DNA of 64,000 nucleotides from Rhodobacter sp. GTDB lineage: Bacteria > Pseudomonadota > Alphaproteobacteria > Rhodobacterales > Rhodobacteraceae. Numbering within the stretch: position 1 is the stretch's first letter; every line of letters begins with the position of its first letter. Below the pieces are notes generated by a model. It saw only the letters and a list, made by a program, of their open reading frames with translations. It was not told the DNA's origin and made no database searches. The stretch is from the NCBI GenBank assembly GCA_027490955.1, contig JAIXXB010000032.1, forward strand, positions 60,102-124,101, written 5' to 3'. The position numbers and the translations under genes are program-made. Positions 29,569 to 38,305 of this stretch are shown piece after piece.

Positions 29569-30468
29569 ATGTCGGCATGGCTGATCTCGCTGGAAGGCAG
29601 CCCAGCGGGGCAACATTTGGCCATGGCGCTGGCGCTGATGGCGGCGGTGCTGCATGCGCTGTTTGGTGCGTTGCAAAAGGGGCGATTTGACCCATGGGTC
29701 ACGCGCGGGGCGATTGATGCCCATTACGGGCTGATCGCGGCCCCTATTGCGCTGTTTGTCGTGCCTTGGCCCGAGCCGTTTATGTGGCCGATTTTTGCAG
29801 GGATGGTGCTTATTCACATCGCCTATAAGGTGCTGCAAGCTATGGCCTATACGCGGGGGGCCTATACTGTGGTCTATCCTGTGGTGCGCGGCACGGGGCC
29901 TTTGGTGACGGTGCTGATTGCGGGCGTTGTCTTTGCCGAGGTTTACGCCCCGCTGCAATGGGCGGGGGTGCTGCTGTTGTCGGGCGGGATTTTGGGGCTG
30001 GCGGCCTATAACTTGCGCTTTTTGCAAGTGGGGCGCGAGACGCTTATCCCCGCCCTTGGCTTTGCGCTGGCCACGGGGGTGATGGTGGCGGCCTACACGA
30101 CCTATGACGCATGGGGCATTCGCGCGACGTCAGACCCGTTCACCTTTTTGGCGTGGTTCTTCTTTTTGGATGGCATCATCATGCCCCTCGCTGTGGCACA
30201 TCGCATCCGCACTGTGCCGCGCAGCGCTTGGCCTGCGCTGGTGCGTTTGGGATTTGGCGGGGCGATTGTTGCCTTTTTCAGTTTTGGCGCAGTGATGCTG
30301 GCCACAAGGCTGGACAAAGTGGGCGAGGCGGCCGTGCTGCGCGAGACCTCGACTGTATTTGCCGCCCTGATCGGCTGGGCGGTGCTGGGCGAAAAAGTGG
30401 GGCTTGCCCGCGCGGGCCTTATGGCGTTGATTGCCCTTGGCGCGGTGGTGATGGAATTTGGAGGCTGA
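29569..30468 (+). CDS. DMT/EamA family transporter
   Basis: About 10 TM segments with VYPVVRGTGP and LRETSTVFAA motifs. Confidence 0.88.
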   Translation: MSAWLISLEGSPAGQHLAMALALMAAVLHALFGALQKGRFDPWVTRGAIDAHYGLIAAPIALFVVPWPEPFMWPIFAGMVLIHIAYKVLQAMAYTRGAYTVVYPVVRGTGPLVTVLIAGVVFAEVYAPLQWAGVLLLSGGILGLAAYNLRFLQVGRETLIPALGFALATGVMVAAYTTYDAWGIRATSDPFTFLAWFFFLDGIIMPLAVAHRIRTVPRSAWPALVRLGFGGAIVAFFSFGAVMLATRLDKVGEAAVLRETSTVFAALIGWAVLGEKVGLARAGLMALIALGAVVMEFGG

Positions 30469-30469
30469 C

Positions 30470-31075
30470 ATGAAAAAGCGAGAGTTGAACCCCTTTGTCA
30501 AAATGGCCTTCGAACTTGGCCCGCTGATTGCGTTTTTCATCGCTTTTGGGCGGATGAAGGACAATACCTATACGTTTTTTGGCACGGAATATTCGGGTTT
30601 CATCACTGTAACTGCTGCGTTTATTGTGCTGATGCTTGTGACGACAACGTTGCAATGGGCGCTGACAGGCACGCTGTCGAAAATGCAAATCGTCTCGCTG
30701 GTGCTGGTTGTCATCATGGGGGGGCTGACAGTTTACCTCAATGACGAGCATTTCATCAAAATGAAGCCCACGCTGCTGTTTGGCTTTTTTGGGGTGGTGC
30801 TGGGTGTCGGGCTTTTGCGCGGGCAGTCATATTTGCGCAATGTGATGGATGCAGCCCTGCCCTTGCAGCCAGAAGGGTGGATGATCTTGACGCGCAGATT
30901 GGCGCTGTTTTTCATCGCGCTGGCTGTGGCCAATGAATTGATCTGGCGCTTTGGCACTACCGAGGCATGGGTGTTTTTCAAAACCTTTGGCGACACCATG
31001 GCGCTGCTGGCCTTTTTTGCCAGCCAATATCCGCTGCTGGTGAAATACAGCACCGAAGATGCGGAAAAACCCTAG
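30470..31075 (+). CDS. yciB: Inner membrane-spanning protein YciB (septation protein A/IspZ)
   Basis: ELGPLIAFF, FIKMKPT and WVFFKTFG motifs. Confidence 0.9.
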   Translation: MKKRELNPFVKMAFELGPLIAFFIAFGRMKDNTYTFFGTEYSGFITVTAAFIVLMLVTTTLQWALTGTLSKMQIVSLVLVVIMGGLTVYLNDEHFIKMKPTLLFGFFGVVLGVGLLRGQSYLRNVMDAALPLQPEGWMILTRRLALFFIALAVANELIWRFGTTEAWVFFKTFGDTMALLAFFASQYPLLVKYSTEDAEKP

Positions 31076-32004
31076 CCCATTTGGGCAAATCGCCATGGGG
31101 CAAGGGTGCTCCAGCGTTGGGTTTGGGCGCTGGGCAGGGCGGCGGCAAGGGCCTGCACATCAAGGCTGCCATTAAGCAGCGCGCGATACAGTCCAAAAAT
31201 ACCAGGGCGGATATAGGGCGACCAATGGCAGATGCGCGCGGGTGGGCTGGGCAGGGCAAAGCCGAATCTTGCCAGCGTGGCCAAACTTTGCGGCGCATCC
31301 AGTTGAAGGTTGATCCAATTGGGCAGGCTGCACCCCAAACCCTGCCCAATCGCCGTATCACGGCCAAAGGCTATGCCCCATTCGTAAATGGCATCAAACA
31401 GATCATTTTCGCGGGTGGTGACATTGATGATTTGCGCGCTTTGGCCTGCGGGCGTGCGCATGGCGCGCAGGGCAGGTTGGCGCGTCTCGGCGGCGGCCAG
31501 CAAAATCAGACGGCCCAAGTGGCCCGCTTTGGCATGGTGCAGACTGGCCAGTGCTGCCCGCGCGCCCAGCGAATGACCAATGATATCAAGACGGCGGCGC
31601 GGATCCAGTTCGGCAATCGCAGCGGCCAGTTGCGCCAGTGCCGCGCCTGCCTGCGCGGCTCTGCGGTTGACTTGGCCCAAAGTGCCGCGCGCAGGCCAGC
31701 CAAAGCCAATCGCCAATCCGCCTGCCCCGCCCAGCCCCAAATGGCGCGGCCACGAGACAAGGGTTTTGTCACGCCGTTTGGCCATTTCGGCCTTTGGCTC
31801 TAGGGCAAAGATATGGCCAAAGGGGCAATGCTGTCCTGCATCGGGGGCAAAGCGATAGCCATGTACCATCGCCACCACAGGCGCGGTTGGGTGCAGCCGC
31901 GCTAAGCGCGCAGCCAAAGCGCCGCGATCCAAATCCAGCCGCCCATCTTTTCCCATGCGCAGGGTAAAGGGCGGCTCGGCAGGATGTGCAAGGCTGTGTG
32001 GCAT
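31072..32004 (-). CDS. Alpha/beta hydrolase (DUF900/DUF726-like)
   Basis: MVHGYRF, GFGWPA and IIGHSLGAR nucleophile elbow. Start uncertain. Confidence 0.7.
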   Translation of the reverse strand: MPHSLAHPAEPPFTLRMGKDGRLDLDRGALAARLARLHPTAPVVAMVHGYRFAPDAGQHCPFGHIFALEPKAEMAKRRDKTLVSWPRHLGLGGAGGLAIGFGWPARGTLGQVNRRAAQAGAALAQLAAAIAELDPRRRLDIIGHSLGARAALASLHHAKAGHLGRLILLAAAETRQPALRAMRTPAGQSAQIINVTTRENDLFDAIYEWGIAFGRDTAIGQGLGCSLPNWINLQLDAPQSLATLARFGFALPSPPARICHWSPYIRPGIFGLYRALLNGSLDVQALAAALPSAQTQRWSTLAPWRFAQMG

Positions 32005-32160
32005 GTGCGCCCTCGGGTTATGCCAGACACCCTTAATGCTGCGATGCAACATTGGCGTGACGCGCGAATGACGAATTTGTAAATTCGCGCAAGCCTGCCT
32101 TGCCCGGCCCGCCCCAATCTGGGTGGTTGACCAATCCTCCCCCAAGGGCTAATAGCCACG

Positions 32161-32213
32161 CGTGGCGCTTTGTTACCAGATTGCGGGCCACGTTAAACAT
32201 TCCGCTAAAAGGG
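32161..32213 (+). ncRNA. SAM-II (SAM_alpha) riboswitch aptamer upstream of metZ
   Basis: P1 CGTGG/CCACG, loop GCTTTG, TTGC, TTAAAC and 3' GCTAAAAGGG match the SAM-II consensus. It lies directly upstream of a methionine biosynthesis gene. Confidence 0.85.
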
Positions 32214-32224
32214 TTAGGGTTATT

Positions 32225-32259
32225 GCCCCGAAGCCCGTTGGTTTCGGGGTTTTTTATTT
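32225..32259 (+). terminator. Intrinsic terminator in the metZ leader (expression platform)
   Basis: GCCCCGAAGC / GTTTCGGGGT stem followed by TTTTTATTT, 16 nt before the metZ ATG. Confidence 0.8.
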
Positions 32260-32275
32260 GGTCTAGGGGGCCGAT

Positions 32276-33466
32276 ATGTCGAAGGATTGGAAAACGCGCA
32301 CAAGTCTGGTGCATGAGGGCAGCCGCCGCAGCCAGTACGGCGAGATGGCCGAAGCGATTTTTCTGACCCAAGGCTTTGTTTACCCCGATGCTGAAACCGC
32401 CGAGGCGCGGTTTATTGCGGCAGGGGAGGATGAGTTCATCTATGCCCGTTATGGCAACCCCACCACCCGCATGTTCGAGGAACGTATCGCCGCCCTAGAA
32501 GGCTGCGAAGATGCTTTCGCCACGGCCAGCGGCATGGCCGCCGTGTCGGGCGTGCTGACCTCGATGCTGCGCGCTGGCGATCATGTGGTGTCCTCGCGCG
32601 CATTGTTTGGATCGTGCCATTACGTGCTGGACGAGGTGCTGCGCCGTTATGGGGTAGAGGTCACATTTGTAGATGGCGCAAATCTGGACGAATGGCGCAG
32701 CGCGGTGCGGGCAGGCACGAAGGCGGTGTTTTTTGAATCGATGTCGAACCCGACTTTGGAATTGGTCGATATTCGCGCCGTGTCTGAAATCGCCCATGCT
32801 GTTGGGGCAGTGGTGATTGTCGACAATGTTTTTTCCACTCCCATTTTCAGCCGCGCGGTTGATCAGGGTGCGGATGTGGTGGTGTATTCCACAACCAAAC
32901 ATATCGACGGGCAGGGCCGCGCCTTGGGCGGTGTTATCTGCGGCACGCGCGAGTTTATCCGCAAAACAGTCGAGCCTTATATGAAACATACAGGCGGTGC
33001 GATGAGCCCGTTCACCTCTTGGATCATGCTCAATGGTATGGTCACGCTGGATCTGCGCTGCCGCGCTATGGCCGCCAGTGCGGAAACTATCGCCCGCGCG
33101 CTGGAAGGTGATTCGCGCATAAATTTCGTGCGCTTTCCCACATTGCCCAGCCATCCCCAACATGCGCTGGCGATGGCGCAGATGGGCGGGGCAGGTGGCA
33201 CGCTGGTGACATTTGATCTAAAGGGCGGCAAAGAAGCGGCCTTTGCCTTTTGTAATGCGTTGAAGATCATCAAGATTTCCAACAATCTTGGCGATGCAAA
33301 ATCGATTGCCACCCATCCTGCGACCACCACCCATTCGCGACTGACACCTGAACAAAAGGATGTGATGGGAATCACCTTAGGGTTGATTCGCCTGTCAGTT
33401 GGTTTAGAAGATGTAGATGATCTGATCGCGGATCTTCATGGCGCGCTTGCTGCGATTTCTGTGTGA
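32276..33466 (+). CDS. metZ: O-succinylhomoserine sulfhydrylase
   Basis: YARYGNPT, ASGMAAV, YSTTKHIDGQGR (PLP lysine) and SNNLGDAKS motifs. Confidence 0.93.
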   Translation: MSKDWKTRTSLVHEGSRRSQYGEMAEAIFLTQGFVYPDAETAEARFIAAGEDEFIYARYGNPTTRMFEERIAALEGCEDAFATASGMAAVSGVLTSMLRAGDHVVSSRALFGSCHYVLDEVLRRYGVEVTFVDGANLDEWRSAVRAGTKAVFFESMSNPTLELVDIRAVSEIAHAVGAVVIVDNVFSTPIFSRAVDQGADVVVYSTTKHIDGQGRALGGVICGTREFIRKTVEPYMKHTGGAMSPFTSWIMLNGMVTLDLRCRAMAASAETIARALEGDSRINFVRFPTLPSHPQHALAMAQMGGAGGTLVTFDLKGGKEAAFAFCNALKIIKISNNLGDAKSIATHPATTTHSRLTPEQKDVMGITLGLIRLSVGLEDVDDLIADLHGALAAISV

Positions 33467-33589
33467 AACATTGTCGTTTTGATGTGATCTGATCAGGGAA
33501 TTTCTGCGTATACTCTGCACATCGGTTGAAAGCGTCGTCTTACGATTTATACCACGGCATACAACCATAGGCTGTATTGGGGGATCACT

Positions 33590-34678
33590 GTGAATATTCA
33601 TTTCTCGGATGCGGGGCTTGCACCCAGCACAGACGAGGCTGCTGCTGCGTTGGCTGTATTGCGCACTTGGGCTGCACGCGCATCTGAAGCCGAGATTGCC
33701 GCGCTCGATCAGGGCGCGCTGGCTTTGGTTGGGGGTGGCTACCCTGTGTTGTCGCGCGATTACCCAGACGATTTTGCCGTGACAAACGACTATAAGGACA
33801 GCTTGCCTGATCTGCAAAACGGCCCCTCCAGCCTGATCCGTGGGGCCAAACAATTGATCCAGCATGTCGGAATTTCCAATTTCCGCCTGCCACTGCGCTA
33901 CAAAACAAAACTGGGTGCGCCTGTGCTGCTGGAAACATCGGTCACGGGCACAGTCAGCCTTGAGGCCGAGAAAAAAGGCATCAACATGTCGCGGATCATG
34001 CGGTCTTTTTATGCCCATTCAGAGGCCGAGTTTTCCTTTGGCGTGATTGAGGCGGCGCTGGATGACTATCTGCGCGATCTGGGCAGTTTTGATGCGCGTA
34101 TTCAGATGCGCCTGTCCTATCCGCTGCAGGTTCCCAGCCTGCGCTCGGGCCTGAAAGGATGGCAGTATTACGATATCGCGCTGGAATTGGTCGAAGTGGC
34201 AGGCGTGCGTAAGCGTTTGATGCATCTGGATTTTGTCTATTCCAGCACCTGCCCTTGCAGTTTGGAATTGTCCGAGCATGCGCGGATGACGCGGGGGCAA
34301 CTGGCCACGCCGCACAGCCAGCGGTCGGTGGCGCGGATTTCGGTGGAAATGGCGGCGGGTTCGGTTTTGTGGTTTGAAGACCTGATCGAAATTGCCCGCG
34401 CCGCTGTGCCGACCGAGACGCAGGTGATGGTCAAGCGCGAGGATGAGCAGGCCTTTGCCGAATTGAACGCCGCCAATCCGATCTTCGTAGAAGATGCGGT
34501 GCGCAGTTTCTGCGCCGCCCTGCAAGCCGATGATCGCATTGGGGATTTTCGCATTGTGGCCAGCCATCAAGAAAGCCTGCACAGCCATGATGCCGTCTCG
34601 GTTCTCACGCAGGGGCCGACCTTTGCGCAGACATCGCTTGACCCGCGTTTGTTCGCAAGCCTGTATCACGTAGGCTAA
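33590..34678 (+). CDS. folE2: GTP cyclohydrolase I type 2
   Basis: KGINMSR, STCPCS, TPHSQRS, FVEDAVR and HQESLHSHDA motifs. Confidence 0.93.
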   Translation: MNIHFSDAGLAPSTDEAAAALAVLRTWAARASEAEIAALDQGALALVGGGYPVLSRDYPDDFAVTNDYKDSLPDLQNGPSSLIRGAKQLIQHVGISNFRLPLRYKTKLGAPVLLETSVTGTVSLEAEKKGINMSRIMRSFYAHSEAEFSFGVIEAALDDYLRDLGSFDARIQMRLSYPLQVPSLRSGLKGWQYYDIALELVEVAGVRKRLMHLDFVYSSTCPCSLELSEHARMTRGQLATPHSQRSVARISVEMAAGSVLWFEDLIEIARAAVPTETQVMVKREDEQAFAELNAANPIFVEDAVRSFCAALQADDRIGDFRIVASHQESLHSHDAVSVLTQGPTFAQTSLDPRLFASLYHVG

Positions 34679-34694
34679 GATACCCCCCAAAACC

Positions 34695-34731
34695 AAAGCG
34701 GCGCGCAGATCATTCTGCGCGCCGTTTTTTT
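34695..34731. terminator. Intrinsic terminator after folE2 (possibly bidirectional)
   Basis: AAAGCGGCGCGCAGA-TCAT-TCTGCGCGCCGTTTTTTT between convergent genes. Confidence 0.85.
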
Positions 34732-34824
34732 GGGTCTGCCCGCTGCCCGCCCCGTATTGCCGGCGTATGGCAGGCGTATGTTATGCGTCCTGCATCCGTC
34801 GGGACAGACTGTCGGGACGACGGA

Positions 34825-36645
34825 TTAGGGCCAGCAGGCCACCTGCACTGTCATCCCGCTGACCATGGCATTGAGCGCGTCTGGGGAAAGGGCCGCCGTG
34901 TCCGCTGAAGCTGTGGTTGGGGCTGGGGCCACCTTCGCCTCGGCCAGCAAAGGCGCAAGGCTGGCCATGTCGCGGGCCAGCGCAGTGCCTGCGGGCAGGG
35001 TTTTACCGCCCATCGCTGTGCCAAAGATCATGCCCATCAGCGCGCCCTGATCATTCACCACGGGGCCGCCCAGATCATGGGCCGTCACATTGGCGGCAAT
35101 GGTTATCAGCCCCACCTCGCCGCTTGGCCCGCCAAGGGCCTGCACCTCGCCAAAGGTCAGCACAGGGGCAGGCAGGCCTTTGGGCAAAGAATAGCCCGCC
35201 AGCAGCACATTGGCCCCCACGTCCACAGGCACGCTGGCGGCATATCCCACGGCCAAGGGCGATGCAGGGGTCAGCGGGCGCAACACTGCCGCGCCAAGCG
35301 CTGCGCTGCGCGCCACAACTTCGGCATCGACTGTGTGATCAAGGGTGATTTTCGTGCAGCTTTCCACAACATCTGCCTGCGTCAGCACCATGCCATTGGC
35401 ATCAACATAAATGCCCGAGGCTACGACTTTCGGCGCTTTCACCGCCATCCCTGCCAAGACACCCGATTTGATCGTATCATCTAGTGGCACAAGACCGGGA
35501 TCTAACACCTGATCGCCTGTGCTGCGGAACGTGCTGGCAAGGGTTGCTTTGATGCGCTGCGCAATGTCTGCCTGCGCAGGTTCCCACACCAAAAGATAAC
35601 CTTTGATCGCGCCCTTGCTGGTTTTTGCCGTGGCGAATGACGCGATGCTGCCCGAGGCGGCGTTGATGGTAAACTCGGTGTCTTGCAGGCTGCGTTCGCC
35701 CGCGGCGGGAACCACCTCGAGTGTTTGCAGCAAATCGTAAAGCCCTGCCAGAGTATCGGCATCACCGGGTTCAGAAATCAGCAACAGGCGCAGTTTTGAT
35801 CCGTCTTTCGCGGTGTAATGCACAAAGGGCGGTTCGTAATGGTCAAAGGCCAGCATGGCCGCAGGCAAGGAAAACTCGATACCTGCCTCGCCTTCGGTGG
35901 TGGGGGTAAAGCCAAATTCGGCCTCGTCAGCCTTGTGGTTGGTGACCAAAGTGTTGCGCTGAAGGCTGGTCAAAACGCCTGTCGGCTCGTATCCCATGGC
36001 GGTTTGCCATGCCGCCATAGAGGCGCGGGTGCCGCGACCGATGCTGCCATCGAGCGGGCCTTCGTAATAGCCATACCATTGCAAAGATTCCTGCAACTCG
36101 GCTTTCTCATCGCGCGAAAGGGCTGCTTCGCTGGCCTGTGCCTGATCGATCGTCTCATCGATGGGGGCGGCGGGCGCGGGGCTGGCTTCGGGGGTTTGTT
36201 CGGCCACAGGTTCTGCCACAGCTTCGGCTGCGGGATCGCTGGGCGGCGTGGCCGCAGCCTCTGCCGCACCGGGCGTGGCTGCGGGTGCAGCAGCGGCGGC
36301 GGCACCAACGGGCCAAAACTGCGCGCCGTGATCGGTGCCATCGGTGATAAAGGCATCGCGCGGGATTTGCCCCGAGGCCTTGAGGCTGGCCATTTTGCCT
36401 GCCGCCTCGGCGGGGGAATAGGGGCCTAGGGCCAGCAAATACCATTTGGAGCCAAGGCGAAAGCCAGATACCGAACCCAAAGCGCCGCTATAGGCACGGG
36501 CGCGCTCTTCGGCGCTGGCAAGGTCTGGCAGCGCCTCTAGCTGAATCCATGCAGGGCCTTCTTGCGCATTTGCTGGTGCGACACCGCCAAACCCCACCAA
36601 TGCCAGCGCCAGACACGCTGCCCAAATGCCCCGTAATCCTGCCAT
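34825..36645 (-). CDS. Secreted SPOR-like + peptidoglycan-binding + trypsin-fold protein (catalytic triad absent)
   Basis: Signal peptide, SPOR-like segment (WIQLEAL..GPY), P/A linker, PG_binding_1 motif (LQESL..YGYY..GPLDGSIGRGTRASMAAWQ) and a C-terminal trypsin-like domain. Confidence 0.75.
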   Translation of the reverse strand: MAGLRGIWAACLALALVGFGGVAPANAQEGPAWIQLEALPDLASAEERARAYSGALGSVSGFRLGSKWYLLALGPYSPAEAAGKMASLKASGQIPRDAFITDGTDHGAQFWPVGAAAAAAPAATPGAAEAAATPPSDPAAEAVAEPVAEQTPEASPAPAAPIDETIDQAQASEAALSRDEKAELQESLQWYGYYEGPLDGSIGRGTRASMAAWQTAMGYEPTGVLTSLQRNTLVTNHKADEAEFGFTPTTEGEAGIEFSLPAAMLAFDHYEPPFVHYTAKDGSKLRLLLISEPGDADTLAGLYDLLQTLEVVPAAGERSLQDTEFTINAASGSIASFATAKTSKGAIKGYLLVWEPAQADIAQRIKATLASTFRSTGDQVLDPGLVPLDDTIKSGVLAGMAVKAPKVVASGIYVDANGMVLTQADVVESCTKITLDHTVDAEVVARSAALGAAVLRPLTPASPLAVGYAASVPVDVGANVLLAGYSLPKGLPAPVLTFGEVQALGGPSGEVGLITIAANVTAHDLGGPVVNDQGALMGMIFGTAMGGKTLPAGTALARDMASLAPLLAEAKVAPAPTTASADTAALSPDALNAMVSGMTVQVACWP

Positions 36646-36820
36646 ATTATACCCTTTTGTCTTTGCAATGCTGCGAATCTAAATAAGCTTAACGATGCTA
36701 TGCGCCGATGCACGCAGATAATGCAAGCCTGCAGGCAAATTGCCGCAAAATTGCTATGGCGCATTGACCCTTTGGCGCGGCTTGCCTATGCAATGCCAAA
36801 CTTTCACAAGGGTGATCCCG

Positions 36821-37759
36821 ATGGCCGTCTTCAGCAGTGCCCCCCGCAGTTTTCAAGAGATTATTCTGCGCCTGCAATCCTATTGGGCCGAGCAAGGCTG
36901 CGCCATTTTGCAGCCCTATGATATGGAAGTGGGCGCTGGCACTTTTCACCCTGCGACAACATTGCGCAGCTTGGGCTCAAAGGCATGGGCTGCCGCCTAT
37001 GTGCAGCCATCACGCCGCCCAACAGATGGGCGCTATGGCGAAAACCCCAACCGCCTGCAGCATTATTACCAATATCAGGTGATCATCAAACCATCCCCGC
37101 CCAATATGCAAGACTTGTATTTAGGCTCGCTTGCCGCGATTGGGATTGATGCCAGCCTGCATGACATCCGCTTTGTCGAGGATGATTGGGAAAGCCCGAC
37201 CCTTGGGGCATGGGGTTTGGGCTGGGAAGTGTGGTGCGACGGGATGGAAGTGTCGCAGTTCACCTATTTTCAGCAGGTCGGCGGGCATGATTGCAAACCT
37301 GTCTCGGGCGAGTTGACCTATGGGCTAGAGCGCCTTGCCATGTATGTTTTGGGCGCAGAGCATGTGATGGATATGCCCTTTAACGCGCCAGATGCGCCTA
37401 TTCCGCTGACCTATGGCGATATCTTCCGCCAGACCGAGGAAGAATATTCGCGCCATAATTTCGACGGGGCCGATACAGCGCAGCTTTTGCGCCATTTCGA
37501 AGATGCCGAGGCCGAATGCCAGCGCTTGCTGGATGCGCCGCCGCTGGATCCCAAAACAGGAAAGACCATCATCATGGCGCATCCCGCCTATGACCAAACC
37601 ATCAAGGCCAGCCATTTGTTTAATTTGTTGGATGCGCGCGGCGTGATTTCGGTGACCGAGCGTCAGGCCTATATTGGCCGCGTGCGGGCCTTGGCCAAGA
37701 AATGCGCCGATGCGTTCCGTTTGACGGATGCGGGCAAAGATGCCGAGGTTGCCCTTTGA
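36821..37759 (+). CDS. glyQ: Glycine--tRNA ligase alpha subunit
   Basis: [27 protein letters not shown] and ELTYGLERL motifs. Confidence 0.97.
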   Translation: MAVFSSAPRSFQEIILRLQSYWAEQGCAILQPYDMEVGAGTFHPATTLRSLGSKAWAAAYVQPSRRPTDGRYGENPNRLQHYYQYQVIIKPSPPNMQDLYLGSLAAIGIDASLHDIRFVEDDWESPTLGAWGLGWEVWCDGMEVSQFTYFQQVGGHDCKPVSGELTYGLERLAMYVLGAEHVMDMPFNAPDAPIPLTYGDIFRQTEEEYSRHNFDGADTAQLLRHFEDAEAECQRLLDAPPLDPKTGKTIIMAHPAYDQTIKASHLFNLLDARGVISVTERQAYIGRVRALAKKCADAFRLTDAGKDAEVAL

Positions 37760-38304
37760 ATGCGGGAAAGTTCATTGCAGGTGGCATCGTGCTGATCGGG
37801 GTGGCCGCGGGCATTTCCATGTATTGGCTGCAGGAATATGCCTATTACCAGCCCGCCCAATTCGCCAGCGGGCAAGAGATTTTGCTTACCCCCATCGAAT
37901 CTGGCGTGCCAGAGCCGATCTTGGTTGACACGATCCAAGGCATTGATTCCGCCAGCGTGCCGATGAAATTCCGCGCCTGTTTCACCACGCCAATGACCCT
38001 TGCGATGCTGACCGAAACCTATGTCGCCTATAAAGGTGCCGTGCCACTGACGGCCCCGTCATGGTTTGATTGTTTTGACGCAAATGCCATTGGCGAGGCG
38101 CTGGAAGAGGGCAAGGCGCTGGCCTTTTTGTCGCAATCGCAAATCGCCCCGCAGATCGACCGCGTTGTCGCCGTGTTTCCAGATGGGCGCGCCTATGCGT
38201 GGCACCAAATCGCCCCCGATACCGCCAATGCCTATACAGGGGCTGCGCCTGCTGCGCCTGCCGCGCCTCAGCCGCCCGCCCAAACGCCGAATAAGGTAGA
38301 GTGA
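37756..38304 (+). CDS. Conserved membrane-anchored hypothetical protein (DUF6446-like)
   Basis: N-terminal [25 protein letters not shown] and [18 protein letters not shown]. Coupled between glyQ and glyS. Confidence 0.7.
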   Translation: MNAGKFIAGGIVLIGVAAGISMYWLQEYAYYQPAQFASGQEILLTPIESGVPEPILVDTIQGIDSASVPMKFRACFTTPMTLAMLTETYVAYKGAVPLTAPSWFDCFDANAIGEALEEGKALAFLSQSQIAPQIDRVVAVFPDGRAYAWHQIAPDTANAYTGAAPAAPAAPQPPAQTPNKVE

Positions 38305-38305
38305 T

